NCBI GenBank assembly: GCA_049513715.1
Contig: JBEKVV010000001.1
Span: 320,001-384,000 of the forward strand
Length of the DNA: 64,000 bases
Source: Candidatus Bathyarchaeia archaeon
Lineage (GTDB): Archaea > Thermoproteota > Bathyarchaeia > 40CM-2-53-6
Direction of reading: 5' to 3'
The notes beneath the pieces are model-generated. The model had not been told where the DNA came from. It saw only the letters and a program-made list of their open reading frames with translations, and did no database searches. Below, in pieces: positions 41,390 to 51,921 of this stretch. The position numbers and the translations under genes were made by a program. Position 1 is the stretch's first letter. Each line of letters begins with the position of its first letter.

Positions 41390-42478
41390 TTACCTTGTGA
41401 GCTGCATTTTTTCCATCTTGCGCAGTAATTCAGGTCTCTTTCGGAATTCTTCGCGAACGGGTTCAAGGGTTTTGATGAGGCCGTCGCCCACTGCGTGCTT
41501 CAAATCCAAAGGATGGATTTTGCCCTCTCTATAATCACGCTCAAGGTCGTCGTATTGCGTAAATGATGCGTTGCCTCCGTACTTTTCGGGCCGATTGATG
41601 TGAACTGCACCTTGCCAGGGGAGCAAGATGTAGCGGACAATTTCCAACACCGGATTATTCTCTGTCTCTTTGGGTGGGCAGTACGCCCCGCGTAGCTTGT
41701 TATGTATGACTCCTGGGTCGTCGTGGATGACGATACTGCTTTCGGATGCGCTCTTGGACATTTTGGAGGCAAATTGTGCGTCAAGTTCTGGGTTCTCATC
41801 CATCTGTGCGGTGTCCATTCTCTTTACGCCCGTTAACCCTGGAATCAAGTGGGTGTGCAGGCTCGTTGGTTTATGCCAGCCCAGCTTATCCGCGACATCG
41901 CGGGCAAGCACATGGGCTTTCCTCTGGTCCATGCCAGCACAGGCTACGTCCAGCTGCATTTCGAAGATGTCTGAAGACTGCATGCATGGGTAGAATGTCG
42001 CCGCAGCCTCCAAGTCCTTGCTATCCATGCCTCTACCCATAATCGGCAAAGCGCGCCAGACCCGGTTCACGTTTACAGATTTGGCAACTCGCACTACCCG
42101 CTCCCAGTATTCTCGTCTTGCAGCCAGGTCGGAAGCCCAAGCATAGGTGACCTTGTCAGGGCTAAGGCCAAGTGCAGTGTAACATTGTTTGAAGTATTCC
42201 CCACACGTATGTATGCTATCCATATGCCCGCCGAGCTTATTGTTAATCCACGCGTGCCAGTCTGCCAGGAACACGGTGAAATCAAAACCAGCTTCAACGA
42301 GATCCAGAATTTTCTTGCCACAAACGAGCCCCATCCCAATGTGCATGGGTCCGCTCGGTTCAAAGCCCCAGTAAGCTCGGGGGCGAGCCTTTGTCTCCAG
42401 CACATTTCGTAACTCTTCCCTGGTAATGACCTCCTCGACGTTCCGTGTCGTCAAGTCAAGTCTCGTTTCAAGGTCCAT
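41390..42478 (-). CDS. tyrS: Tyrosine--tRNA ligase
   Basis: YWGFEPSG.MHIG, YPCMQ..D, GMDQRKAH and KMSKS. Confidence 0.97.
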   Translation of the reverse strand: MDLETRLDLTTRNVEEVITREELRNVLETKARPRAYWGFEPSGPMHIGMGLVCGKKILDLVEAGFDFTVFLADWHAWINNKLGGHMDSIHTCGEYFKQCYTALGLSPDKVTYAWASDLAARREYWERVVRVAKSVNVNRVWRALPIMGRGMDSKDLEAAATFYPCMQSSDIFEMQLDVACAGMDQRKAHVLARDVADKLGWHKPTSLHTHLIPGLTGVKRMDTAQMDENPELDAQFASKMSKSASESSIVIHDDPGVIHNKLRGAYCPPKETENNPVLEIVRYILLPWQGAVHINRPEKYGGNASFTQYDDLERDYREGKIHPLDLKHAVGDGLIKTLEPVREEFRKRPELLRKMEKMQLTR

Positions 42479-42631
42479 TGTTATCTTCCTCCCAGGTATC
42501 CAATCTCACGATGGTGAAGGATGCTTGCTCGTTTCTGAGCGCGTTGCTTTCTGGTGTGATGCCCTATTTCATCATATGTATCGATGTTTGGCTGAATAAG
42601 GTCAATTGTTGAGGAGAACGATTGGTATTCT

Positions 42632-42788
42632 TTCGCTGGAGGGGTTTCGCCGCGGGGTTAAGTCGCCGGCATTGCCAACGGCTTGGCCCCTGTCGCCCAC
42701 GACACTAACACGCAAACTTCACGGAAGGGCTTCGCCCCACTCAGTTGGTTCTCTCGGGGGTGGGCGGCTTTGGTGCCTCCCCAGCGAA
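42632..42788. ncRNA. Candidate structured RNA (about 157 nt) of unknown family
   Basis: 13-bp terminal helix enclosing two 9-bp helices with G-U pairs on the + strand; GC-rich and intergenic. Confidence 0.45.
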
Positions 42789-42789
42789 T

Positions 42790-44502
42790 TCACTGTCCCC
42801 GCAGCCCATACACCATGTCAAGGTCCAACTCCATGGCTGCAACTGGGTCTTCGAGGTTCCAGTTCTCGAGAACCTGAGGGTGCACCTCTCCTATAACCCC
42901 CACTTCCCGGTCGCCCACAAGGATCGTCCCAGCTCGACCGCTTAGGAAACTCGGGTGCTCCGTGGGTTTGACGGTGAATTCGAGCCCGAGGTTCATCATC
43001 AGCGGTTCCAAGATGGATTTGATCTCTGTAAAGTTGGCCTTGGCGTGCGCGGACGTACAGCCAAGTCTGAGATTGTCCCGAGTTCGGTTGGGAAGTGATG
43101 TGCTCCAGAGGGTGCAATAGCCGACTTCGTATACTCTCTGTGGGTATTCCACATGCGTGTTGCTCGATAGAAAATCCATCAGGCTCGGAAGCAACCACGA
43201 CCGCAGACAGTTCATTGTCGCTATTTTTGGGTTGGCAATCTCAACCATCTGCGCTGGCTCGTGATTCATCTTCTTGAAGAGCTTCTCCGGATTCGTCATG
43301 ATGAATGTCAGAACCTCTTGGAACCCTAGGCCAACCATCAGTTCTCTTACCGTGTCTGAGAATTCCTCCATGACCGATAGGGATCCGATTGTTGCGTCCG
43401 CGGGCCAGCGCGGTTTCATGTTGTTGAGGCCGTAGGCTATGGCGATATCCTCGACGATGTCCACTGGATGGAGGATGTCAAAGCGGTAGCAGGGAACTAG
43501 GACGTTGATATCCCTGCTTGTTGCGCTGGTCACATCGTAACGTGCCCGCTTGAGCAATAATGTGATCTCGGCTTTGGTCAGCTCTAATCCTATCAGCTTT
43601 CTGATGTATTCAATGGGTAGGCCGATTCGCCGCTCTTTCATTTCGGGGGTCGTGACAATGTGGGGTCTTGGATAGGGGTAGTGAATTCGTGCGGGGTGAA
43701 TTTCTGCTCCCCTGTCTGAAAGCCCAACTGTCAAAATGGTAAGAGCGTTCATAACGGTTTCTTCTGATGTTCCGGTAATTTCGACCAAGAGATTCTTAGT
43801 GTCAGGAGTGACTTTTCCCAAGTCGTTTGAGTTTATGATTGGAGGGAATGATAGAACCTGACTCTCCGAGTCAAGCAGGATGGGGTATTTGTCGAATCCA
43901 CCAACAATGGGGCCGTACTCTATGCCCTTCGGGTGCTGAGCGAGGATTTCACGTAACGATAGTGGGGTGTTTGTGTCTAACGGAACGAATCTGATTTCAT
44001 CGGGGGCGGCCACTCCGTATCTTAGGGGTGGTTTGATCAAGTCGAAGTCGTAGAATCCAATTGACGATCTCTTTCTTCTTCTCCCGTAGCTTTGGTCCAG
44101 TTTCTCTTGCAAATGAACTAGGCTGCGGATGATTGTGTCATTGATTTTGGGGCTAAGGGCAACGGCGCATGCTATGAACGGTCTGATTTCTTTGAGTTCC
44201 TTGTCAACCGAGATCTCGACTGCCGGTTTCTTGGATATTGAGTACTTCTTGAGGCCGGTTTCAATTCCCTGTATCCCACGCAAGGCGCGGGCTATTCCTT
44301 CGGGGCTCCAAATGTCGGGGCGGTTCGAGTCCTTATTTTCAAGTTGAAGCTCAGTTTCGTCACGAATTGGCTCGGTTTGACTCAACCCAGACAGTTCACA
44401 TTTGACGGAATAGAGAAGTTCGTCAAGCTGCTCATGGTCTCTGGGCATTTTTCTGCCGTACAATTGCTCGAGGTCATCCATTCGCGCTGTGATTGTGACC
44501 AA
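42790..44502 (-). CDS. pheT: Phenylalanine--tRNA ligase beta subunit
   Basis: NRPDIWS.EGIAR, SFPPIINS and R.DILHPVDIVEDIAIAYG. Confidence 0.97.
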   Translation of the reverse strand: MVTITARMDDLEQLYGRKMPRDHEQLDELLYSVKCELSGLSQTEPIRDETELQLENKDSNRPDIWSPEGIARALRGIQGIETGLKKYSISKKPAVEISVDKELKEIRPFIACAVALSPKINDTIIRSLVHLQEKLDQSYGRRRKRSSIGFYDFDLIKPPLRYGVAAPDEIRFVPLDTNTPLSLREILAQHPKGIEYGPIVGGFDKYPILLDSESQVLSFPPIINSNDLGKVTPDTKNLLVEITGTSEETVMNALTILTVGLSDRGAEIHPARIHYPYPRPHIVTTPEMKERRIGLPIEYIRKLIGLELTKAEITLLLKRARYDVTSATSRDINVLVPCYRFDILHPVDIVEDIAIAYGLNNMKPRWPADATIGSLSVMEEFSDTVRELMVGLGFQEVLTFIMTNPEKLFKKMNHEPAQMVEIANPKIATMNCLRSWLLPSLMDFLSSNTHVEYPQRVYEVGYCTLWSTSLPNRTRDNLRLGCTSAHAKANFTEIKSILEPLMMNLGLEFTVKPTEHPSFLSGRAGTILVGDREVGVIGEVHPQVLENWNLEDPVAAMELDLDMVYGLRGQ

Positions 44503-44503
44503 T

Positions 44504-46021
44504 CTAGAGGACCTTCTGTTTGCGCATCCAATCTAGGTCTTGCGCGAAGAGCAAGCGTATGTCGTCTACGCCGGCGCGCATCATGTATAATCTATCCACT
44601 CCGATTCCCCAGGCGATGACTGGCACCTTGATACCTAACGGGAGGGTGAGCTCGGGCCTGAAGATACCTGAACCGCCGAATTCAAGCCAGCCGTAACCCT
44701 CCTTGTAGGCCTGGAGTTCAACACTTGGTTCGGTGAACGGGAAGTAATCCGGCCTAAACCGAACCTTGTCTGCTCCTGCGATTTCGACTGCGAAACGTTC
44801 CAAGACCCCGAGTAGATCTCTTAGGGAGAGGTCGGGTCCGATCACTATCCCTTCAACCTGGTTGAACTCGGTCAGGTGGGTCCGGTCAACTTGGTCAGGC
44901 CTGAAGCATCTCGCGATGGAGAAGTATTTGCCAGGGATCTCAAGATGCCTGCTCACCAGAGTGCGTGCGCTCATTGCTGTGCCTTGGCTTCTCAATATGA
45001 GCTTCAGTGCTTCTTCGCGGGAGTATTTGTAGCCCCACCCTGTTGACCCTGTCTTCCATCCGTTCTCATGTGTTTCCGAAACCGGTCCCATGAACCTTTC
45101 ATGTTCCGCTAGCTCGCCGTGCTTGTCAGTCTTCACGAAATAAATGTCATGAATTTCCCTGGCGGGGTGGTCTTGGGGCATGAATAGCGCGTCACAGTTG
45201 AAGAACATCAGTTCCACAATTGGGCCAGACATTTCCCTGAAACCCAGGGCGACCAATCGCCTCTTCAAAATGTCTAGGAATTGTCGGTAGGGCTGTTTCT
45301 TCCCCGGCCATTCCGGTGCGACGGGAGCTTCTATGTTGTACCTCCGGAAGTTCAAGACCTTCCAGCGCTGGGACACTATCAACTCAGGGGTCAGGTCGCT
45401 CACTTCGGTCGGCACCGTGATGCCCTGTTCAAGTGCCTTCCAACCCTGTTGAGTCAATTCTATGTCTCGCTTCTTCTGTTTCCTGCTTTCGAGCAGCTGG
45501 CGCCGTCTCAGAATTCCAACGTAATCCCTGAGGTTCGGGGGAAGCTGTTCTAACGCTAGTTCTCTCTGGGATGCGATTGTTTCAAGCGTTCTCTCCAAGT
45601 CCGTTTTGTCCGGGATTCCAGCTGCTTTCAGGACAACCTTCCGGAGCTGACTGGTGACTTCACCCCATTTTGCGCCCTTGATTTGGCCTAGTGCAACGTT
45701 CGCGAGTTGTGGAGCAATACCGGCGCGTTTGGCTGCCTGTTCTAGTGTGGCCTCTCCGCCAAACTCAAGAACAGATTGTATGAGGCGCCTCTCAGGCAGG
45801 CCTTGTTTGGCATAGTCGAGGCCCTCATCTGTGAGGCGGAGGATGACCTGCTCAAGTTCATTCACTCGCACGAGTTGCTTCTCCTGGAGGTCTGCTAGTG
45901 CGCGCGTGACAGCTGAGCTGTCCTGCTTAGAGCCGGTGACAAGCTCGTCGAAAGAGCAGTTGCCACCGTACGCCTGCAATGCTTTGATGACTGCGGCTTC
46001 GTTCTCCCGCATTTCTACCAC
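44504..46021 (-). CDS. pheS: Phenylalanine--tRNA ligase alpha subunit
   Basis: FMPQDHPARE, FRPDQVDRTH and YFPFTEPS. Confidence 0.98.
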   Translation of the reverse strand: MVEMRENEAAVIKALQAYGGNCSFDELVTGSKQDSSAVTRALADLQEKQLVRVNELEQVILRLTDEGLDYAKQGLPERRLIQSVLEFGGEATLEQAAKRAGIAPQLANVALGQIKGAKWGEVTSQLRKVVLKAAGIPDKTDLERTLETIASQRELALEQLPPNLRDYVGILRRRQLLESRKQKKRDIELTQQGWKALEQGITVPTEVSDLTPELIVSQRWKVLNFRRYNIEAPVAPEWPGKKQPYRQFLDILKRRLVALGFREMSGPIVELMFFNCDALFMPQDHPAREIHDIYFVKTDKHGELAEHERFMGPVSETHENGWKTGSTGWGYKYSREEALKLILRSQGTAMSARTLVSRHLEIPGKYFSIARCFRPDQVDRTHLTEFNQVEGIVIGPDLSLRDLLGVLERFAVEIAGADKVRFRPDYFPFTEPSVELQAYKEGYGWLEFGGSGIFRPELTLPLGIKVPVIAWGIGVDRLYMMRAGVDDIRLLFAQDLDWMRKQKVL

Positions 46022-46201
46022 GGTTGGATAGCCTCCATTGAGCAGTCGGGCGTTTGCCGGCTGGTTAGAGTCATCGTACTAGAAGTTGATTGAACACGTA
46101 AATCGGACTGTGAAAACGCAGCCACCTACAATCATGAGGTACCACTCAAATGCCCGGTGCTAACGAGGTATCGGATTATATTAGATTGTTGAACGATTCC
46201 G

Positions 46202-47335
46202 TTATGCGTCCTTTGGATTGAAGAGGTACTCCTCAAAATGGTCCTTAGCTTTCTCTCGTTTCTCTTGGTGCTCGATGAGGAACTTCTTGACGCGTTCAGC
46301 CAGAACTTGCTTGCACTCTCCACACATGATGTTCCCGGCTAAGCAGTTGTAACGTAGATCTTCGACTTCCTTCTGGTTCATGAATAGGAAGTAGTCATAT
46401 GAGAAAACGGAGCAAATATCAGGGTTTGCGCCTAGCTTTCTTTGCTCATCAATTGTGGCTCTTCCTCCAGTGAAGGCAGCCATGACTTTCTTCGCTGCGA
46501 CCTGTGGTGAGTCGATTGTGAAAATCGAGGTCTCCGGCATCGAGGCAGACATCTTTCCACCCCGTCCGAGTCCTGGGACGAATCTGCAGTGAATTTGCGC
46601 AGGCTTATAGTAACCCAACTTGGGGGCAACGTCCCTCGTAATCCGCCAATATGGGTCTTGATCGATGGCGGCGGGGATGAGGCATGGGACGTTGTGGCCG
46701 ACCAGGTCCGATTCGATAAAGGCTGGCGCCGCCTGAACCGCGGGGTAGAACAGCATGCCAATGTTCGTGCTCTCCTGAAAACCAAAGACTGCCTTGACCG
46801 TGGAGAAATTCATGCGTTTCGCAATACGAATCGCCAAATTGTACATCGCGCCCATGTTCTTCGTGTCAAGAATGATTCTAGTTTTCTTGGGGTCGAAGCC
46901 TAGGGCTATTATATCTAACGCGTTTTCGTATGCCCACCGCTGAGGTTCCTCCAAACTGAATTCATCGTTGTAAAGGAACTTCTCATCATCCGTCATCTGG
47001 AAGTACAGTTTCGCATCAAACTTGTCCTGAAGGTACTTTGTGAATATCCACGGGGCCAAGTGCCCTATGTGAACTGGCCCGGAAGGGCCTCTACCGGTGT
47101 AGAGGACGAATTTTTCGCCCGCTTCGTACCGTTGAAGGATCCAATCGAAGTCTCGGTGTGAGAAGAAGATGCGTCGTTCCAGCTGTGGGTGTAATTCGCC
47201 TGTGAGTTTTCGTATTCGCTCAAGAGTTTCTGGTGTAATCGGTTGGGTGCCGAATTCCCTGGCCAGTTTATCGTAATCGATCTTGCCCGAGACTTCCCAC
47301 GGCGTTACGACCATTTCCTCGTCATTTGCTGACAC
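46202..47335 (-). CDS. trpS: Tryptophan--tRNA ligase
   Basis: YTGRGPSG..HIGH, DQDPYWR and KMSAS. Confidence 0.97.
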   Translation of the reverse strand: MSANDEEMVVTPWEVSGKIDYDKLAREFGTQPITPETLERIRKLTGELHPQLERRIFFSHRDFDWILQRYEAGEKFVLYTGRGPSGPVHIGHLAPWIFTKYLQDKFDAKLYFQMTDDEKFLYNDEFSLEEPQRWAYENALDIIALGFDPKKTRIILDTKNMGAMYNLAIRIAKRMNFSTVKAVFGFQESTNIGMLFYPAVQAAPAFIESDLVGHNVPCLIPAAIDQDPYWRITRDVAPKLGYYKPAQIHCRFVPGLGRGGKMSASMPETSIFTIDSPQVAAKKVMAAFTGGRATIDEQRKLGANPDICSVFSYDYFLFMNQKEVEDLRYNCLAGNIMCGECKQVLAERVKKFLIEHQEKREKAKDHFEEYLFNPKDA

Positions 47336-47501
47336 GTTCTAGACTCACCTACACTACTGGAATTCCAATGCTCTCTTGCCTTTCCTACTGCTAAGGGCTT
47401 CTGTTGGGCGAAACGTTTCCCTTGGCTAGGTTAAGGGTGGGAGAGAGCAGGATTTATTATGGTAGGTCCAAGGCAGAGAGCCTATCGTCGGGGCGGCCAC
47501 A

Positions 47502-47657
47502 GTGACCAAAAAGAATGGAACAATAGCGAGCATTCTTGTCGCAATATTCCTCGTGGTTGCCGCCCTCATTGATCTCAGGATAGCAGCAGCCATCGCGGCA
47601 GTCTACTTGATCGGTTTCGCAATCAACCGTGTGTTATCGAAGAGACGTAAGCAATAA
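47502..47657 (+). CDS. 51-aa two-TM microprotein
   Basis: GTG-started MTKKNGTIASILVAIFLVVAALIDLRIAAAIAAVYLIGFAINRVLSKRRKQ; basic ends flank a hydrophobic hairpin. Confidence 0.65.
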   Translation: MTKKNGTIASILVAIFLVVAALIDLRIAAAIAAVYLIGFAINRVLSKRRKQ

Positions 47658-47711
47658 TCGGCAAGAGCAAGCGGGTAAACGCTTCGAAGACTTCCAAAGG
47701 GGATTAGTTAA

Positions 47712-48608
47712 GTGAATGAAGGGCATGAGAAATTCATAGAATCCGGCAAGATCCTAGCAGCCGTTCGCGAGTACGTTCGAGGGCTTTCTATCCAGGGCAG
47801 GCCGATCCTTGAGGTTTGCGAGCTGGTGGAAGGGAAGATACGTGAACTGGGTGCTGGCCCGGCATTCCCATGTAATGTGGGGATTAACGATGTGGCCGCT
47901 CACTATACAAGCCCCTGGAGAGACACCAGTGTTATCCCGTCGAGCTCGATTGTGAAGATTGATTTTGGGGTCGAACTGGATGGTTTCGTGACGGATACAG
48001 CGATTGCAATTTCGCTTAATCCCGCTTATGACTCGATGGTTGTCGCCGCCGAGAACGCGCTGAAGGAGGCCCTTGCTGCCATTGCGCCAAACCGAAAGCT
48101 CTCTGATATCGGGAGCGTGGTTGAGCGTTGTATTCAGCGCTACGGATTTAGGCCGATAAGGAATCTAACAGGACATAAGATTGACCGTTACACACTTCAC
48201 GCGGGCAAGTCTGTCCCAAACGTGGCTGGCATCGAAAGTGGGAAGTTTGAGTTAGGAGAGGTCTACGCCATTGAGCCCTTCGTTACTTTGAGGGATGCTG
48301 AAGGGGCAGTGAAAGACTCATCGATGTCCTACATCTACCGGTTTGTGAAAACTAAGGGAGCTAAGTCTAAAGAAGCCAACCTTTTGGCCGAGTACATTCG
48401 GGACACCTACAAGACTCTGCCCTTCGCAGCCAGATGGGTTTACGGAGGATGGAAAGATGGAGATGTAGGCATCGCGTTCGAGGAACTTGCGAGAAACCGG
48501 TGCGTTGTCGGTTATCCAGTTCTAGTTGAGGCAAGCGGAAACGTCGTGGCCCAAGCGGAGCACACCATTCTCGTCACCGAGAATGGTTGCAGAGTGTTGA
48601 CTGCCTAA
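47712..48608 (+). CDS. map: Methionine aminopeptidase type II
   Basis: AFPCN..AAHY, KIDFGV..DG..DTA, NLTGH, AIEPF and QAEHT. Confidence 0.96.
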   Translation: MNEGHEKFIESGKILAAVREYVRGLSIQGRPILEVCELVEGKIRELGAGPAFPCNVGINDVAAHYTSPWRDTSVIPSSSIVKIDFGVELDGFVTDTAIAISLNPAYDSMVVAAENALKEALAAIAPNRKLSDIGSVVERCIQRYGFRPIRNLTGHKIDRYTLHAGKSVPNVAGIESGKFELGEVYAIEPFVTLRDAEGAVKDSSMSYIYRFVKTKGAKSKEANLLAEYIRDTYKTLPFAARWVYGGWKDGDVGIAFEELARNRCVVGYPVLVEASGNVVAQAEHTILVTENGCRVLTA

Positions 48609-48997
48609 GTTTTCTTTGTCTTTGGTTCCTCGGCGTAAATGACGTCCACGCGCATCGTGCCTTTGCATTGTTGACATTGGCCAACATCTTTAGGCACGTA
48701 ATCACCCGTGCTGAAGGTTCTGACGACCTTGAAGCCGCAATTCGCGCAGATGACTACGCTTAGGACTTTAGCAGCTATCGTTTGAAGTACCACCATCCTG
48801 TGTCGCATTTGCCTAATTGACGATACTGACAACACGATTCCGACGGACGCCATGATTCCGTACACGAAGAACTGTGGAAACTCGGCGGTCTGGTAGTAGT
48901 TGAGTGCTTGAAACATGGCCCAAAGCGAAATCGCAAATATCACTAAGCTGAACGCGATCAACATGTACGCGTAGAACATTGACGGACGATTAGCCAA
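48605..48997 (-). CDS. Two-TM protein with a C-terminal Zn ribbon
   Basis: Two TM helices, then CANC...GDYV...CQQC. Confidence 0.8.
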   Translation of the reverse strand: MANRPSMFYAYMLIAFSLVIFAISLWAMFQALNYYQTAEFPQFFVYGIMASVGIVLSVSSIRQMRHRMVVLQTIAAKVLSVVICANCGFKVVRTFSTGDYVPKDVGQCQQCKGTMRVDVIYAEEPKTKKT

Positions 48998-49007
48998 CCC
49001 ATGCCAC

Positions 49008-50138
49008 CTAGACTATTCCCGCAGTGTTACCGATTCCGGCAACTATGACTAGTTCTCCTTCCTTCGTCCGTTCAAGAACGAGGTGCTTGATCCGTTCGAT
49101 CACTGGCTCCGCGGCCTCAGCGATCTCCTTCTTCATCGTTGTAACTGCTTCCTGGATGCTTTGTTTGACTACGATTGCGAAGACGGGTATCCCGAACTTC
49201 GTCGCTTCTTCTTCGATCTTGAAGCGTTCCGTGCCAATTCCTCCGATTGCAGCACCAATTCCCTCGCTGATTTCCCCCGTTTTCTCACCTTCGAGCTTTA
49301 GCGCAGCGTCAACCATTATGATCATTGCTGCTTTACCATTGTTTTCTTGGAGAACTTGGCGGATTGCGTCGCCGGGCTTCCCAACATTTCCGCCAGGGCC
49401 TTCGGCCTTCATCGCGATTAACCTTCGGCCTTCGAGAACAGTTTCTGCGGCGACCATGTCCTTCTCAACCTTCCTGGTCTCGTGGTTGCGCATGAGCTTT
49501 GACGCCACCAACGCCCCAGCTCCGTCACCAATAGGGTGGCCTTCCGCGAATGCTTTCGTTGCCCCTTGGTAGGCTTCGGCCTCCATCATAATCAGTGGAA
49601 GGAATGCCTGCAGTTGAATTATGACCATGATGCTGAACGTCTTCTTTCCTAGAAGGTAGAGGTGTCGGACTACTTTGAACATGAAGTTCAGAGCCCACGC
49701 GGCCTCAACCAAGTTTTCTAAGTTATTCACCTGCACTGAGTTAGCCTCGGGCGCAATTCTCGCTACATCCGACTTGAACCTCGACTCCCTCACATCAAGC
49801 AAATGGTCGAATTTCTGAACAACACCTGCTGGGTCCATACTCACAGGCTCTATCAGAAACTGCTCCAGTAATGAATTCAGTCCAGGGGTTGGGTCATCTT
49901 TCGACTTACCGATTTCGCGGAGCATCTTCAAAGTCAGGCCTTTGGCGTCATTTCTCATGTTCTCAAGTTTTCTGACCGCTCCGTCAATCTGCATTAGTGC
50001 GATTCGGCTCTGAATTTGCTGTCCAAAGAACATGAACGCGAAGAATGAGGCGAAAAATAGTATGTTCACTAGATTGTTGATGTTACTCGAACCCAAGAGT
50101 CCTGTTTCTAAGGCGATGCTGGCAAAGAGGTCAAGCAA
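49008..50138 (-). CDS. DUF1512-family protein
   Basis: PIGDGAG, KAEGPG..VG.PG, VDAALKLEGE.TG and GIGNT. Confidence 0.85.
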   Translation of the reverse strand: MLDLFASIALETGLLGSSNINNLVNILFFASFFAFMFFGQQIQSRIALMQIDGAVRKLENMRNDAKGLTLKMLREIGKSKDDPTPGLNSLLEQFLIEPVSMDPAGVVQKFDHLLDVRESRFKSDVARIAPEANSVQVNNLENLVEAAWALNFMFKVVRHLYLLGKKTFSIMVIIQLQAFLPLIMMEAEAYQGATKAFAEGHPIGDGAGALVASKLMRNHETRKVEKDMVAAETVLEGRRLIAMKAEGPGGNVGKPGDAIRQVLQENNGKAAMIIMVDAALKLEGEKTGEISEGIGAAIGGIGTERFKIEEEATKFGIPVFAIVVKQSIQEAVTTMKKEIAEAAEPVIERIKHLVLERTKEGELVIVAGIGNTAGIV

Positions 50139-50238
50139 GAGATTTTCCTCTAATATTATCGAGGATAAGCAAACTCATGCACGTAATAAACCTTCATTCA
50201 ATCGCTGATGACCGGGTAAACGAAAAACTAGTCAAAAT

Positions 50239-50365
50239 GGAGTCAGCAGCGGTCCGGGGCTCGCATGGCCTTTCGGAACACACTACTACCCGAATCGCCT
50301 GAGAGATTCACTTCCGTGTTCGGAATGGGAACGGGTCCTAGCTCTCAGCTATGGCCGCCAACTCC
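50239..50365 (-). rRNA. rrf: 5S rRNA (stand-alone)
   Basis: GGCGGCCATAG...ACCCGTTCCCATTCCGAACACGGAAGTGAA...; terminal helix GGAGTTGGCGG/CTGCTGACTCC. Confidence 0.96.
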
Positions 50366-50433
50366 AACCCACCACCACTTCACCGAATAATTAAACGTTA
50401 GCGGTGTAACTACTGCGCAGCTGGGAATCAGGG

Positions 50434-51585
50434 TTGCATGACGTTGCGATAATTGGCGTTGGGATGGCGCCGGTCACGTCAGGGTCCGGGAAGAGCTTGA
50501 TCGAGCTTTTCGTTGATGCAGCCGAACAGGCAATTGAGGACGCAGGCGTGGATAGAATTGATTCGATGTATGTCGGAAATATGATGTCTGGGTTCCTGCA
50601 AAATCAGGAGCACTTGGGCGCGTTGATGGCCACCGCGATGGGAAGAGAGGGCATGCCGGCGTACAAGGTTGAAGGAGCTTGCGCCTCAGGGGGAGTTGCC
50701 GCGAATGCTGGCGTGAAAGCCGTTCTATCAGGCCTTGAGGATGTAGTATTAGTTGGCGCGGTTGAGAAGATGTCAGGCTACAGCACACCTCATGTAACCT
50801 CTGGGCTCATGATGGCTGAAGACAAAGCGAGAGTGGGATCCACGGGTGTGACGTTCGTGGGCCTCAATGCGATGATCGCCAGGGAATACATGCACAGATA
50901 CAAGGTTCCGCACGAAGCTCTCGCCGAGTTCCCTGTCTTGTGCCACGAGAACGGTCTCGATAATCCGAAAGCCCAATTTCACAAGAAAATCACAGTTGAG
51001 GATGTTCTCAAGTCTCCTTTAGTCGCCGATCCGCTTACGTTGTTTGATTGTTCAGGAATAGGGGACGGCGCTGCTGCCCTAATCCTCACATCAGCGGAAA
51101 ATGCCCGCAAGTTCACAGATTCACCGGTCGCGATAGCCGCTTCTGCTGTTGCTACAGATCGGATCAGCCTTTACCGGCGCCCGGACATCACAACCTTCGA
51201 GGCGTCGCGAAAAGCTGTGGCCACCGCATACCAGAGAGCTCGAATAAATGCGGATGATGTTGACGTTTTGGAAGTCCATGACGCATTTTCCGTGTTGGGT
51301 ATCATGGCGCTGGAGGACTTGGGCTTCGCAGCAAAGGGAACTGGTTCTCGAATGGTCAAAGATGGCGAGTGCGCGAGAGACGGACGGGTCCCAACTAACA
51401 CGTTCGGCGGTTTGAAGGCGAGAGGGCACCCCGTCGGAGCAAGTGGAATGTACCAGATAGCAGAACTCGCCTTACAGCTATCGAATAAGGCCGAAAAGTG
51501 CCAGGTTGCCGACGCCAACGTGGGGCTCGCCCAGAGCGTTGGCGGAATAGGAACCACAATCACAGTTCACGTATTGAAAGGGTGA
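50434..51585 (+). CDS. Archaeal thiolase (acetyl-CoA acetyltransferase)
   Basis: VEGACASG, EVHDAF and GGLKARGHPVGASG. Confidence 0.95.
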   Translation: MHDVAIIGVGMAPVTSGSGKSLIELFVDAAEQAIEDAGVDRIDSMYVGNMMSGFLQNQEHLGALMATAMGREGMPAYKVEGACASGGVAANAGVKAVLSGLEDVVLVGAVEKMSGYSTPHVTSGLMMAEDKARVGSTGVTFVGLNAMIAREYMHRYKVPHEALAEFPVLCHENGLDNPKAQFHKKITVEDVLKSPLVADPLTLFDCSGIGDGAAALILTSAENARKFTDSPVAIAASAVATDRISLYRRPDITTFEASRKAVATAYQRARINADDVDVLEVHDAFSVLGIMALEDLGFAAKGTGSRMVKDGECARDGRVPTNTFGGLKARGHPVGASGMYQIAELALQLSNKAEKCQVADANVGLAQSVGGIGTTITVHVLKG

Positions 51586-51594
51586 GAATAGCAG

Positions 51595-51921
51595 TTGAGT
51601 GAAGTAAAAGGCGTCCCAGGTTTCGTATGTCCAAAGTGCAAGTGGTCCGGCGTTTTCCAAACTGGACCTTGTCCAAGCTGCCACAATTCCACCGTGGAGG
51701 AAACCTTGTTTTCCAATCGGGGAAAGATAGCCACGTTTACCGTGATTAGATATCCACCGACTGGTTTCGAGGGCGAAAGCCCCTACGTGGTCGGATTGAT
51801 AGATATTGAAAACGGCCCGAGAGTGATGGCAAGAATCATCGCGAAAACCGATGACGTTCAGATAGGCAAGTCAGTGTCTTTCTTAGGAGATTCTAAGGGC
51901 AGATTGGAGTTCACACTCTGA
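51595..51921 (+). CDS. DUF35 Zn-ribbon/OB-fold protein (thiolase partner)
   Basis: CPKC..CPSC, GKIATFTVI..PP.GF and PYVVGLI. Confidence 0.92.
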   Translation: MSEVKGVPGFVCPKCKWSGVFQTGPCPSCHNSTVEETLFSNRGKIATFTVIRYPPTGFEGESPYVVGLIDIENGPRVMARIIAKTDDVQIGKSVSFLGDSKGRLEFTL

